Assembly: GCA_021735655.1 (NCBI GenBank)
Contig: JAIPGM010000003.1
Coordinates: forward strand, 32,001-96,000
Direction: 5' to 3'
DNA: 64,000 nt
DNA from: Candidatus Omnitrophota bacterium
GTDB taxonomy: Bacteria > Omnitrophota > Gorgyraeia > Duberdicusellales > 4484-171
Each line of letters starts with the position of its first letter. The first letter of the stretch is position 1. This document shows, one piece after another, positions 1-9,263 of the stretch. The translations under genes and the position numbers were made by a program. The notes under the pieces were generated by a model. The model saw only the letters and a list, made by a program, of their open reading frames with translations, was not told the origin of the DNA and did no database searches.

Positions 1-2
1 TC

Positions 3-266
3 GGAAAGAACACAATATTAAATACATTATCTTCTATTGACCATGATTGTCAGATTGCAGATTTTGTCCATATTGCTCCCGGTACCAATTTAAGCGGCGG
101 GGTAACTATTGGCAAATTTACTCATATTGGAGTTGGTACAGTTGTTAACCAGGGAATTAATATAGGTTGTAATTGTTTAATCGGTTCAGGCAGCGTAGTG
201 GTTAAAGATATCATTGATAATTTAAAAGCCTTTGGGAATCCTTGTAAAGCTATGGAGAAGAGATGA
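3..266 (+). CDS. Hexapeptide-repeat acyltransferase, 3' fragment (NeuD/PglD-like sugar N-acetyltransferase); 5' end lies outside the window
   Basis: Frame 3 translates to ...HIAPGTNLSGGVTIGKFTHIGVGTVVNQGINIGCNCLIGSGSVVVKD..., the left-handed beta-helix hexapeptide pattern [LIV]-G-x4 found at the C-terminus of NeuD/PglD. It ends at the TGA at 264-266, overlapping the next start as ATGA. Confidence 0.55.
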   Translation, partial: GKNTILNTLSSIDHDCQIADFVHIAPGTNLSGGVTIGKFTHIGVGTVVNQGINIGCNCLIGSGSVVVKDIIDNLKAFGNPCKAMEKR

Positions 267-1159
267 TAAGAATTATACCGCGTCTTGATATTAAAGGTCC
301 TAATCTAGTTAAAGGAGTTCACCTTGAGGGCCTTAGGGTTTTAGGCAAGGCTGAAGATTTTGCTTCAAAATATTATACTGATGGAGCCGACGAGCTTATT
401 TATATTGATGTTGTTGCCAGTCTCTATGGTAGAGAAAATCTTTTAGAGATTGTAAGGAGAACAGCACAAAATATATTTATCCCTTTGACTGCCGGCGGTG
501 GGATAAGGACAATTGACGATATAAAAGAATTATTACGAGCCGGCGCAGATAAGGTAGCAATAAATACTGCTGCCATACGAAATCCAGCCTTTATTAGTGA
601 AGCTGCGAAAGTTTTTGGTTCGCAATGTATTGTTATTTCAATCGAGGCTAAATTTAGAAGTGAAGGTAAGTATGAGGCTTTAACTGATAATGGCAGGGAA
701 AAAACTGATCGTGATGTGTTTGATTGGGTACAGGAGGCGGTTGGCCTTGGTGCCGGAGAACTGCTTATTACTAGTATTGATAAGGAAGGTACTGGTAGAG
801 GATATGATTTGAAGCTAATTAAGAGAATTTCAGAGTCAGTGCCAGTCCCGGTTATTGCCTGTGGCGGTGCTGGAAAGACTAAGCATTTTCTTGAAGTCAT
901 TGAAGACGGTTGCGCCGACGCTATAAGTGCTGCTTCTATTTTTCATTATCATTGTCTAGAAAAGTTGCGCTCCGTTGAAAATTTTAAAGAAGAAGGTAAT
1001 GTTGAGTTCATTAGCCAGAATAGAGAATCATTAGATTTCATGAAAAAGCGGCTTGAACCAGTGGATATTTTAGCTGTTAAAAGATATTTATCTGATTTTG
1101 GTATTGCCTGTAGAGCCATAGAGGCGTTTAGAGAAGTTACAAAAGCAGAAAAGATATGA
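263..1159 (+). CDS. HisF-like imidazole-glycerol-phosphate-synthase cyclase subunit homologue (WbuZ-type, sugar amidotransfer)
   Basis: (beta/alpha)8 HisF motifs: RIIPRLDIKG, DELIYIDV, TAGGGIR and VIACGGAGK. It sits directly beside a HisH-like glutaminase and a PP-loop amidotransferase, as in wbuXYZ/pseA loci. The 298 aa is longer than canonical HisF, indicating a C-terminal extension. Confidence 0.8.
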   Translation: MIRIIPRLDIKGPNLVKGVHLEGLRVLGKAEDFASKYYTDGADELIYIDVVASLYGRENLLEIVRRTAQNIFIPLTAGGGIRTIDDIKELLRAGADKVAINTAAIRNPAFISEAAKVFGSQCIVISIEAKFRSEGKYEALTDNGREKTDRDVFDWVQEAVGLGAGELLITSIDKEGTGRGYDLKLIKRISESVPVPVIACGGAGKTKHFLEVIEDGCADAISAASIFHYHCLEKLRSVENFKEEGNVEFISQNRESLDFMKKRLEPVDILAVKRYLSDFGIACRAIEAFREVTKAEKI

Positions 1160-1848
1160 AAGGATCAAAGCCGATTACTGTGATAGTTGATTATGGAATG
1201 GGCAATCTTTTCAGTCTAGAGAGAGTGATAAGACATCTTGGCGGGACTGCAGTTATATCTTCCGACCCGGAAACTATAGCTTCTGCTGAGCGGGTTATTT
1301 TACCTGGGGTAGGTGCTTTTGGTGATGGTATGGATAAGATAAAAAATCGGGAGTTGGTTGCGCCGATACAAAGAGCTATTGATTCGGGTAAGCCGTTTCT
1401 AGGGATATGTTTAGGCATGCAGCTTCTTATGACCGAGAGTGAAGAGTTTGGTGTTCATGGAGGATTAGATGTTATTTCTGGGTCTGTGCGTAGGTTTTTT
1501 GATTCCAAGGGTGATAAGGCGTCCTATAAGATACCACACGTTGGATGGAACCGCTTGCTTGCTCCTAAGATAGTTGAATTCGGCCAGCCAGTTTCTTGCG
1601 AGGGAAGTAATAAATTTTGGGAGGATACTATTTTAAATACAACTCAAGAGGGTGAATTTGTGTATTTTGTGCATTCGTATACCGTTACCCCTCAGAACCC
1701 TGAGCATATTCTTGCTGAGACTGAATATGGTCAGTCTCGTTTTTGCTCGGCAATACGTTCCAACAATGTGTTTGGCTGCCAGTTTCATCCTGAGGTAAGT
1801 GCGAATGTAGGTTTACGAATCTTAAAAGAGTTTTTATATACTGTTTAA
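1156..1848 (+). CDS. HisH-like class-I glutamine amidotransferase (WbuY-type)
   Basis: VIVDYGMGNLFSL, GVGAFG, a GICLGMQLL catalytic-Cys nucleophile elbow, and a C-terminal FHPE...S motif typical of HisH. The 4-bp overlap with the upstream HisF-like gene suggests translational coupling. Confidence 0.8.
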   Translation: MKGSKPITVIVDYGMGNLFSLERVIRHLGGTAVISSDPETIASAERVILPGVGAFGDGMDKIKNRELVAPIQRAIDSGKPFLGICLGMQLLMTESEEFGVHGGLDVISGSVRRFFDSKGDKASYKIPHVGWNRLLAPKIVEFGQPVSCEGSNKFWEDTILNTTQEGEFVYFVHSYTVTPQNPEHILAETEYGQSRFCSAIRSNNVFGCQFHPEVSANVGLRILKEFLYTV

Positions 1849-1887
1849 GTTTACAAATAGGATTTTTGGCTAGAGAAAGGAGTAATA

Positions 1888-3087
1888 ATGTTATTTCCAG
1901 GAAAAACCTTAGATCGACAGTTGGCAAAAAGCCCCAAAGAGGTTAAATATTGTACAAAGTGCGTGGTTTCAAATCAAAGACCAAGAATTACCTTTGATGA
2001 AAATGGAGTCTGCAGTGCATGTAATTATGCTTATCTTAAGCATAATAAGATTGATTGGGCTAAAAGAGAGAAAATGCTGTTGGAGTTGCTTGATAAGCAT
2101 AGGTCCAGTGATGGAAGTTATGATTGCGTTGTTCCTGGTTCCGGCGGAAAGGATAGTAGTTATGTTGCGCATCAATTGAAATATAAATATCAGATGCACC
2201 CACTTACTGTAACTTGGGCACCTTTTATTTACACAGACGTTGGCTGGCAGAATTATATCGCCTTTAAAGATCATGGGTTTAATAATCTTTTGTGTTTTCC
2301 TGACGGAATAATCCATCGTAAATTAGCTCGTCTTAGTTTTGAATTGTTAGGTGATGCCTGGGAGCCTTTTGCTTATGGGCAAAAGGCATATGCTTTCCAT
2401 ATTGCTACTAAGTTCAAGATTCCTTTAATTTTTTATGGCGAAAGCGGTGAAGTAGAATATGGGGGCTCAACTACTTATATAGATAGTCCGGTAGAGCCAA
2501 CCGATAACTATAGCGAAGTTTATTATAAGGGCTCCGGGGTTGATGAAATTATAAAACATGGTCAAGATGTGGGACTGTTTAGCGAAGAAGAAGTAAAGAG
2601 TAATCCTTTTCAATTTTATCGGATGCCTCCACTTGAGGATGTAGAGAAACTTAAACCACAGATGCACTGGTTTTCTTTTTATAAAAAATGGGTGCCACAG
2701 GAGAATTATTACTACTCTGTTGATCATACTGGTTTTCAAGCAAATTTCGATGGGCGCTCAGAAGGTACCTATTCCAAATATGCTAGCTTAGATGATAAAA
2801 CTGACGGATTCCATTTTTATTTGGCATATATCAAGTTTGGTATTGCCCGAGCTACATCAGATGCTGCGCATGAAATCAGAGACGGGCATCTAACCAGAGA
2901 AGAAGGGGTAGCCTTGGTTCATCGTTACGATGGTGAACTTCCTAAAAAATATTTTAAGGAATTTCTTGAGTATTTAGATATTAAAGAAGAGCAATTCTGG
3001 GAAGTTATTGATTTTTATCGTTCACTTTCTCCCCATCTTTGGGAAAAAATAAATGGTGAATGGAAACTCAAACATAAAGTATTTTGA
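1888..3087 (+). CDS. N-acetyl sugar amidotransferase (WbuX/PseA family, PP-loop ATP pyrophosphatase)
   Basis: PP-loop SGGKDSS at residues 85-91 and a C-x-x-C pair near the N-terminus (CTKCVV...CSACNY). It follows the HisH/HisF pair. An AAGGAG RBS lies 9 nt upstream of the ATG at 1888. Confidence 0.75.
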   Translation: MLFPGKTLDRQLAKSPKEVKYCTKCVVSNQRPRITFDENGVCSACNYAYLKHNKIDWAKREKMLLELLDKHRSSDGSYDCVVPGSGGKDSSYVAHQLKYKYQMHPLTVTWAPFIYTDVGWQNYIAFKDHGFNNLLCFPDGIIHRKLARLSFELLGDAWEPFAYGQKAYAFHIATKFKIPLIFYGESGEVEYGGSTTYIDSPVEPTDNYSEVYYKGSGVDEIIKHGQDVGLFSEEEVKSNPFQFYRMPPLEDVEKLKPQMHWFSFYKKWVPQENYYYSVDHTGFQANFDGRSEGTYSKYASLDDKTDGFHFYLAYIKFGIARATSDAAHEIRDGHLTREEGVALVHRYDGELPKKYFKEFLEYLDIKEEQFWEVIDFYRSLSPHLWEKINGEWKLKHKVF

Positions 3088-3115
3088 AGGTTGAGGATAG
3101 TAAGAAGGATTTAAA

Positions 3116-4195
3116 ATGAAAGACATAAAAAAAATATTTGTAACTAGTAACAATACGATTGAAGAAACTTTAGCTGTTATCCAGCGTGGAGGTGTGGGCA
3201 TAGCTTTGGTTGTAGATAACCAGCAGCATCTAGTTGGCACAATAACTGATGGAGATATCCGTAGGGCTATTTTGAACAAAATCCCTTTAAGTAAAAAAAT
3301 CACTGTCTTGTTTGATTATCGTCCTGAAGACTACCCAGTCCCGGTTTCAATGCCTCATGACATAACTCGTGAAGAGCTCATTGAGATTATGAGTGAGAAA
3401 AAACTAAATCAAATACCGCTCCTCGATAGCGATTCCCACATCGTAGAACTAGCTTTACTTTCGGAGCTTGTCGAAGAAGAGCTTAACTTGCCGGTTAGAG
3501 CAGTAGTTATGGCTGGCGGAAAGGGGCAGCGGTTGCACCCGCTTACTAAAGATACACCAAAACCGATGCTTCTTTTAGAAGATCGTCCCTTGGTGGAACG
3601 TACCATAGCCCAGCTGCGTAGATCAGGAATTACAAAAGTAAATATTTCTACTCATTACAAATCTGATGTGATTATAAAACATTTTGGTAAAGGAGATGCT
3701 TTTGGTGTAGATATTGATTATATTAATGAAGATCAACCATTGGGTACTGCTGGAGCTTTGGGATTAATGAAACCCATTGATGAACCGACTTTAGTTATCA
3801 ATGGAGATGTGTTAACTAAATTAGATTTTCGTAGGTTGCTTGATTTCCATCGCCATCATGATGCGATAATGACTGTAGGGGTGCGCAAGTGCGAGATAGA
3901 GATACCTTACGGAGTTATTGATATTGATGATGTAGTCGTAAAAAAGATTATTGAAAAACCAGTAAAGAATTTTATTGTTAATGCCGGAATTTATTTGTTA
4001 GGACCAATAGCCTATAAGTATATTCCCAAAAATATAAATTTTGATATGACCGATTTAGTTGATGAGTTACTAAAAGCTAAGCATAAAGTAGTCTGCTTTC
4101 CGATACAGGAGTATTGGCTTGACATAGGACATCCTGAAAATTATGAACAAGCAAAGGAGGACATTAAGAATGGCGCACTTCAGCTGGAAAAATAA
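3116..4195 (+). CDS. CBS-domain pair fused to a sugar-1-phosphate nucleotidyltransferase (PtmE-like, possible GlcNAc-1-P guanylyltransferase)
   Basis: The N-terminal ~120 aa look like a CBS pair (VGIALVVDNQQHLVGTITDGDIRRAIL). The C-terminal domain carries the NTP-transferase signature AVVMAGGKGQRLHPLTKDTPKPML. This architecture matches the CBS-nucleotidyltransferase of legionaminic acid pathways. Confidence 0.65.
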   Translation: MKDIKKIFVTSNNTIEETLAVIQRGGVGIALVVDNQQHLVGTITDGDIRRAILNKIPLSKKITVLFDYRPEDYPVPVSMPHDITREELIEIMSEKKLNQIPLLDSDSHIVELALLSELVEEELNLPVRAVVMAGGKGQRLHPLTKDTPKPMLLLEDRPLVERTIAQLRRSGITKVNISTHYKSDVIIKHFGKGDAFGVDIDYINEDQPLGTAGALGLMKPIDEPTLVINGDVLTKLDFRRLLDFHRHHDAIMTVGVRKCEIEIPYGVIDIDDVVVKKIIEKPVKNFIVNAGIYLLGPIAYKYIPKNINFDMTDLVDELLKAKHKVVCFPIQEYWLDIGHPENYEQAKEDIKNGALQLEK

Positions 4196-5171
4196 AAAAG
4201 TTTTTGTTACCGGTGCCGGAGGATTTATCGGAAGTCACTTGTGTGAATGTTTAGTTAAGCTAGGCGCAAAGGTAAAGGCAATGGCAGAGTATAACTCCTT
4301 GGGAAGATGGGGTTGGCTTGATTATTCTAGTTTACATGATGAAATGGATATTTTTTTAGGCGATATCAGAGATAGAGACAGCACCAGAGAAGCTGTTAAG
4401 GGCCAGGATATGGTTTTTCACCTAGCGGCTCTTATAGGTATACCTTATTCTTATATAGCTCCAGCTTCATATATTGAAACTAATATAGCTGGCACTCTTA
4501 ATTTATTGCAAGCAGCAAGAGAGTATGATATCGAATGTTTTTTACAGACCTCAACTAGTGAGACTTATGGAACCGCTCAATATACCCCTATTGATGAAAA
4601 GCATCAACTTCAGGGTCAATCTCCTTATTCAGCTTCGAAAATAGGTGCAGACAAAATGGCAGAGAGTTTTTATCGTTCTTTCAAAGTTCCGGTAGTAACG
4701 GTTAGGCCTTTTAATACCTATGGCCCCAGACAGTCTGCCCGGGCAGTTATACCTACAATTATTACACAAATTTTAGAAAAAGATAAAGTCTGCATTGGTT
4801 CGCTTGCTCCCAGGCGTGATTTGACCTATGTCCAGGATATTGCCTTAGCCTTCATTGGTGCAGCCCAGGCAGGCAAATCTGCCTTTGGTGAAGTGTTTAA
4901 TGTTGGCTCGGGAAAGTCAATATCTATAGGTGAATTAGCCCAAGTGATTGCTAAGCTTATTGGAAAAGAGGTACCCGTAGAAAGCAGTTGCCAGCGTATA
5001 AGGCCAGAGGCTAGTGAAGTAATGTTGTTGATGGCAGATAGTAGTAAAGCTAAAAAAATATTTGGGTGGGAACCAAGCCTTTCTCTAGAAGAAGGACTCA
5101 AGAAAACAATTGAATGGTTTAAGGATAAGGATAATTTAAAGTTATATAAAAATGACCGTTATGTAGTATAA
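4170..5171 (+). CDS. NAD-dependent NDP-sugar 4,6-dehydratase/epimerase (extended SDR, LegB/PseB-like)
   Basis: Rossmann motif VFVTGAGGFIGSHL and catalytic YxxxK (PYSASKIGADK). The start is reassigned to the ATG at 4170, which is preceded by AAGGAGG at 4154-4160; the ORF-track start at 4143 would overlap the upstream gene by 52 nt. Confidence 0.7.
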   Translation: MAHFSWKNKKVFVTGAGGFIGSHLCECLVKLGAKVKAMAEYNSLGRWGWLDYSSLHDEMDIFLGDIRDRDSTREAVKGQDMVFHLAALIGIPYSYIAPASYIETNIAGTLNLLQAAREYDIECFLQTSTSETYGTAQYTPIDEKHQLQGQSPYSASKIGADKMAESFYRSFKVPVVTVRPFNTYGPRQSARAVIPTIITQILEKDKVCIGSLAPRRDLTYVQDIALAFIGAAQAGKSAFGEVFNVGSGKSISIGELAQVIAKLIGKEVPVESSCQRIRPEASEVMLLMADSSKAKKIFGWEPSLSLEEGLKKTIEWFKDKDNLKLYKNDRYVV

Positions 5172-5181
5172 GGTTAAAACA

Positions 5182-6381
5182 ATGAGCTCTATGAATAAAA
5201 AAATTACTGTCAGTACATCAATTAATGACTTAATTCCTTTAAGCGTTCCTGAAATTAAGGGTAATGAATGGAAATATATAAAGGAGTGCCTAGATACCAA
5301 TTGGGTTTCATCAGTAGGAAGTTATGTTGATCAATTTGAAAATGCTGTAGCTGATTATGTTGGGCGCGGTTATGGTGTAGCTTGTGTTAATGGTACATCA
5401 GCCTTGCATGTAGCTCTTTTACTTTCGGGTATAAAATCTCAAGAGGAAGTTTTACTTCCGGCGCTTACCTTTGTCGCACCGGCCAATGCTATTTGCTATA
5501 CTGGGGCAAAGCCAGTTTTTATTGACGTTGATCTTGATAATTGGCAAATAGATACAGGAAAGATTTTAGGGTTTTTGAAAAAAGAGTGTAAATATCAAAA
5601 AGGAAAGTTAATTAATAAGAATACCGGTAGAGTAATTAAAGCAATAATGCCTGTGCATATACTAGGACACCCGGCTGATATGGACGCTATCATGAGCATT
5701 GCCCGAAAATATAAACTAAAAGTTATTGAAGATGCTGCTGAAGGATTAGGGTCAGCCTATAAAAATCGACCTCTGGGAATTTCAGGAGATATTGCTTGTT
5801 TTAGCTTTAATGGAAACAAGATATTAACTACTGGCGGCGGAGGTATGGTTGTTGTTGATAAAAAATCCTGGTCTGATCGGGCCCGTTATCTTATAACTCA
5901 AGCCCGGAATAATGTCTTAGAGAATATTCACAATGAAATTGGCTACAATTACCGCCTGACCAATATTCAAGCTGCTATGGGTTTTGCCCAGATGGAGCAA
6001 CTCGATAAATTTGTTGAGAAAAAGAGAGATATTGCTCGTCGATATAATGAGCAATTAAAAGATGTACCGGGAATCGGCTTACCAAAAGAAGCTTCCTGGG
6101 CTAAATCCAATTACTGGCTATATACAATCTTTGTTGACAGAGCTAAATATAGAATTGATAGCAGAGCTTTATTAGAAAAACTAAAAAGATCTAATATCCA
6201 GACTCGGCCTCTGTGGCACCCTTTACATTCCCTAAAGCCGTTTAAAAAGTGTTTTTCTTACAAGATAAAAGTAGCCAATAAATTGTATAAAAATTGTTTG
6301 AGCTTGCCTTCATCAGTAGGGCTTACCAAGAGCGATCAAAAGAAAGTCATCGACATTATAAAACGCAGTAGGAGCTTGTAA
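5182..6381 (+). CDS. DegT/DnrJ/EryC1/StrS family PLP-dependent sugar aminotransferase (LegC/PseC-like)
   Basis: Fold-type I aminotransferase motifs: a GTSALHVAL, DAAEGLGS, and SFNGNKILTTGGGG in which the PLP lysine is present. Confidence 0.75.
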   Translation: MSSMNKKITVSTSINDLIPLSVPEIKGNEWKYIKECLDTNWVSSVGSYVDQFENAVADYVGRGYGVACVNGTSALHVALLLSGIKSQEEVLLPALTFVAPANAICYTGAKPVFIDVDLDNWQIDTGKILGFLKKECKYQKGKLINKNTGRVIKAIMPVHILGHPADMDAIMSIARKYKLKVIEDAAEGLGSAYKNRPLGISGDIACFSFNGNKILTTGGGGMVVVDKKSWSDRARYLITQARNNVLENIHNEIGYNYRLTNIQAAMGFAQMEQLDKFVEKKRDIARRYNEQLKDVPGIGLPKEASWAKSNYWLYTIFVDRAKYRIDSRALLEKLKRSNIQTRPLWHPLHSLKPFKKCFSYKIKVANKLYKNCLSLPSSVGLTKSDQKKVIDIIKRSRSL

Positions 6382-6393
6382 AAGGAGTAGTCT

Positions 6394-7434
6394 ATGAGCC
6401 CAGACATGAATATAGTGCGTTCCCAGAAACTTGCCGATAAAATTGTTATTGTAGACGGACAACCCGGTTGCGGTAAAACTATGCTTTCACCGATTGTTGC
6501 TGCTTTGGATAGGGTGGAGTTACTTATGTTTGTTTATGAGATAGAATATTTTTGCGCTTTAAGATATTTACAAAAAATGGATAAAGATACAGCCGAAACT
6601 TTAATTAAATTGATTACTGATTTAAGAATTTATAATGCAATGATGTCGCGGGAAGTAAATTTTCGCTTCAGCGATGCTTCAAGCGCCTTTAAAGATATAA
6701 ATCCCCTGAAATACATTAGGAGGCTTTTTCAAAAGGGTGATGACTTGGTCCCTGAAAGAATAAAGAACCAGAGACCAATTTTGCATTTGGCTACCCATGA
6801 TCTCTTAAGCAGGGCCGATTCAGTTTTTGCTGCTTTAGGTGAAAATCTTGTTTTTATAGAGGTGGTGAGGCATCCTTTATACATGCTTAAACAAGAAGCA
6901 GTTAATATGCAGCGGCTATTCTTATCCGATCCTAAGCATTTTGAAGTATATTTTTCTTATAAGGATAAAGAGTTGCCTTATTTTGTTTATGGGTGGGAGG
7001 ATTTATTTTTTTCTTCTAATCATATTGAAAAAGCTATCTATTTAATCAATAGCATGACTGAGAGAACAGAGGCTTTTAAGAATAATGTAGAGGAAAAGTT
7101 GAACGGAGCTAAGTTGATAACAATTCCTTTTGAAGGTTTTGTGATAAGTCCTGAACCTTATTTGAAAGAAATAGAATTAGCTTTAGACACAAAAGTAACT
7201 AAGGCTACGCGTAAAATGATGAAACGTCAGAATGTGCCACGTAAGATGTATGCTCAAGGTGTTAAACTCGATGTTTACGAAAAGTATGGATGGGAGGCAC
7301 CTAAATCAACAGATGAGTATAGTGAATTAAACCTGCGTCGGAAATTTGCCCAAGATAATGCTTCTGAGGATGCAATGGTTGTGCTTGATAGGCTTTCTAA
7401 AAAGTATGAAGATGAATATTTAAATAAAAAGTAA
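6394..7434 (+). CDS. P-loop (Walker A) protein of unknown function inside the nonulosonic-acid module; candidate kinase or sulfotransferase-like enzyme
   Basis: A Walker-A-like VIVDGQPGCGKTML lies near the N-terminus. No other family signature was recognised by eye. The gene is tightly packed between the aminotransferase and the cytidylyltransferase. Confidence 0.3.
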   Translation: MSPDMNIVRSQKLADKIVIVDGQPGCGKTMLSPIVAALDRVELLMFVYEIEYFCALRYLQKMDKDTAETLIKLITDLRIYNAMMSREVNFRFSDASSAFKDINPLKYIRRLFQKGDDLVPERIKNQRPILHLATHDLLSRADSVFAALGENLVFIEVVRHPLYMLKQEAVNMQRLFLSDPKHFEVYFSYKDKELPYFVYGWEDLFFSSNHIEKAIYLINSMTERTEAFKNNVEEKLNGAKLITIPFEGFVISPEPYLKEIELALDTKVTKATRKMMKRQNVPRKMYAQGVKLDVYEKYGWEAPKSTDEYSELNLRRKFAQDNASEDAMVVLDRLSKKYEDEYLNKK

Positions 7435-7448
7435 AAGAGAGGTTTATT

Positions 7449-8111
7449 GTGAAAACAATTGTATTAGTTCCGGCAAAACTTAAAAGTGACAGAGTTCCTT
7501 TTAAAAATATAAAACAGTTAGGTGGAGTTCCTTTAGTCAATTATACCATGCGTACTTTAAATAAACTTTCAGACATTAATGATATTGTTGTTTTTGCCTC
7601 AGAGCCTTCCATATGCGAGTATATACAGCGCGGATTAAAATATACATTCCTGGAGCGTCCGACAGAGCTGGATACTCAAGATACAAAAATACAGGATATT
7701 ATAAGAGAGTTTTTAAACAGAAGTGATGCCGATATAGTTGTCCTAGTGCATATTACTTCACCATTTTTGCAGGCTGAAACAATCTCTGACTGCATAAAAA
7801 AGGTTCATTCTGGTCAGTATCATACAGCTTTCACTGCATATGAAGTTAGAAAATTCTGTTGGTTTCGCGATAAACCGCTTAACTATTCTTTAGATAAACC
7901 TACACCACGCACTCAGGATATAAACCCGGTAGTTGTAGAGCAGGCTAGTTTATATGTATTTAGGAGAGAGGTTTTTGAAAAAACAGGCCAGCGGATTTGC
8001 TCTAAGCCTTATATTAAATATATTGATCATTTCGAGGGCCATGATATTGATACTCCGGAAGACTTTAGGGTTGCAGAATTGATTGTTAATACAGGTCTCT
8101 TTGCAATATAG
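7449..8111 (+). CDS. Acylneuraminate cytidylyltransferase family (CMP-nonulosonic acid synthetase, NeuA/LegF/PseF-like)
   Basis: N-terminal VLVPAKLKSDRVPFKNIKQLGGVPLVNYT matches the CMP-NeuAc/CMP-Kdo synthetase glycine-rich loop. GTG start with an AGAGAGG RBS upstream. Confidence 0.75.
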   Translation: MKTIVLVPAKLKSDRVPFKNIKQLGGVPLVNYTMRTLNKLSDINDIVVFASEPSICEYIQRGLKYTFLERPTELDTQDTKIQDIIREFLNRSDADIVVLVHITSPFLQAETISDCIKKVHSGQYHTAFTAYEVRKFCWFRDKPLNYSLDKPTPRTQDINPVVVEQASLYVFRREVFEKTGQRICSKPYIKYIDHFEGHDIDTPEDFRVAELIVNTGLFAI

Positions 8112-8122
8112 GATGTAATTAA

Positions 8123-9262
8123 ATGGATCAAGAAACAATTTTTAAGAAAATTTACAATGTCGAACTTAACCAGGATAAGTATGACATTGTAATTGGTAAA
8201 GGTTTACTTGAAACTGCTGTTTTAGAAGCCTTAGAGAAACGGACTAAAAATAAGAATGTTGTTTTTGTCTTTGATGTATTTTTTCAAGATAGAAGCAATG
8301 CTTTTATAGATTTTTTATCTAAGGCTGGCTACAAAGTTTACCCATATTATATGGTAGCTGGCAAGCATAATAAAACTATAAGTGAGGCAATAAAAATATA
8401 CGAAATTCTTGAGGCTAACAGTCTATCTAGAGACTCAACTATAGTAGCTTTAGGAGGTGGTGTTCTTGGCGATTTAGCTGGATTCGTAGCAAGCACATAT
8501 CATCGCGGGATGAAGCTTATAAATATACCGACCACCCTTACGGCCATGATTGACAGTAGCATTGGAGGCAAGGTCGCTATAAATTTCAGAAAGACTATTA
8601 ATGCCATAGGAAATTACTATCATCCTATAGCAAATGTTATTGATTTTAAATTTATTAGTACATTACCTCAACGTGACTTTAAGGCTGGACTGGCTGAGAT
8701 AATAAAATGTGCAATTATTAACGATAAAGAACTGTTTGATTATCTTAAATCTAATAGCCAGAAGATTCTTGACCGGGATGAAGATTCTTTATTCAATATC
8801 ATGTGTCGAGCCATAGAGATTAAACTTGTTCATGTATCAGGGGATGTGAAGGAGAAGAATGAGAGACTCAAGCTCAATTACGGCCACACCTTAGGACATT
8901 CCATAGAGATTTCGACCGATGTCTTAGAGGAGATTTATCGCCATGGAGAGGGGGTGTCTCTTGGCATGGTTGCTGCAGCATTTTTGGCAAGAAAATATTT
9001 TGGACAAGGTCAAGATATCTTAGATGCTCATGAGGAGATTCTTAACCAGTATGGCCTTCCAACCCGAGTTCATGCAAAAGATATTGGTTTTGAATATAAG
9101 AGTTTGATTGAAGAATGTATGCGAAATGTTCATAAAGATAAAAAGAAAAAGGATAACAAACTCAGATTTATTCTTCCTGATGAAATTGGTAAATGCCAGG
9201 TCTACGATCGTGTGGCAGATGATGCTATCAGGGAGGCATTTGTTTATCTTATAAAGGAGTGA
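8123..9262 (+). CDS. 3-dehydroquinate synthase-like sugar-phosphate cyclase superfamily protein
   Basis: Signature of the DHQS/2-deoxy-scyllo-inosose synthase family: ALGGGVLGDLAGFVASTYHRGMKLINIPTTLTAMIDSSIGGKVAINF. Metal-binding histidines are in the C-terminal half (NYGHTLGHSIE). Confidence 0.7.
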   Translation: MDQETIFKKIYNVELNQDKYDIVIGKGLLETAVLEALEKRTKNKNVVFVFDVFFQDRSNAFIDFLSKAGYKVYPYYMVAGKHNKTISEAIKIYEILEANSLSRDSTIVALGGGVLGDLAGFVASTYHRGMKLINIPTTLTAMIDSSIGGKVAINFRKTINAIGNYYHPIANVIDFKFISTLPQRDFKAGLAEIIKCAIINDKELFDYLKSNSQKILDRDEDSLFNIMCRAIEIKLVHVSGDVKEKNERLKLNYGHTLGHSIEISTDVLEEIYRHGEGVSLGMVAAAFLARKYFGQGQDILDAHEEILNQYGLPTRVHAKDIGFEYKSLIEECMRNVHKDKKKKDNKLRFILPDEIGKCQVYDRVADDAIREAFVYLIKE

Positions 9263-9263
9263 T

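Noticed and set aside
4143-4169. Upstream extensions of ORF-track starts: 4143 for the dehydratase, and likewise 35083, 21394, 58879, 63227 and 10092
   Set aside because: In each case a downstream in-frame ATG has a better RBS and removes a long overlap with the preceding gene: 4170 with AAGGAGG, 35137, 21481, 58915 and 63233. The 10092 TTG start is doubtful.
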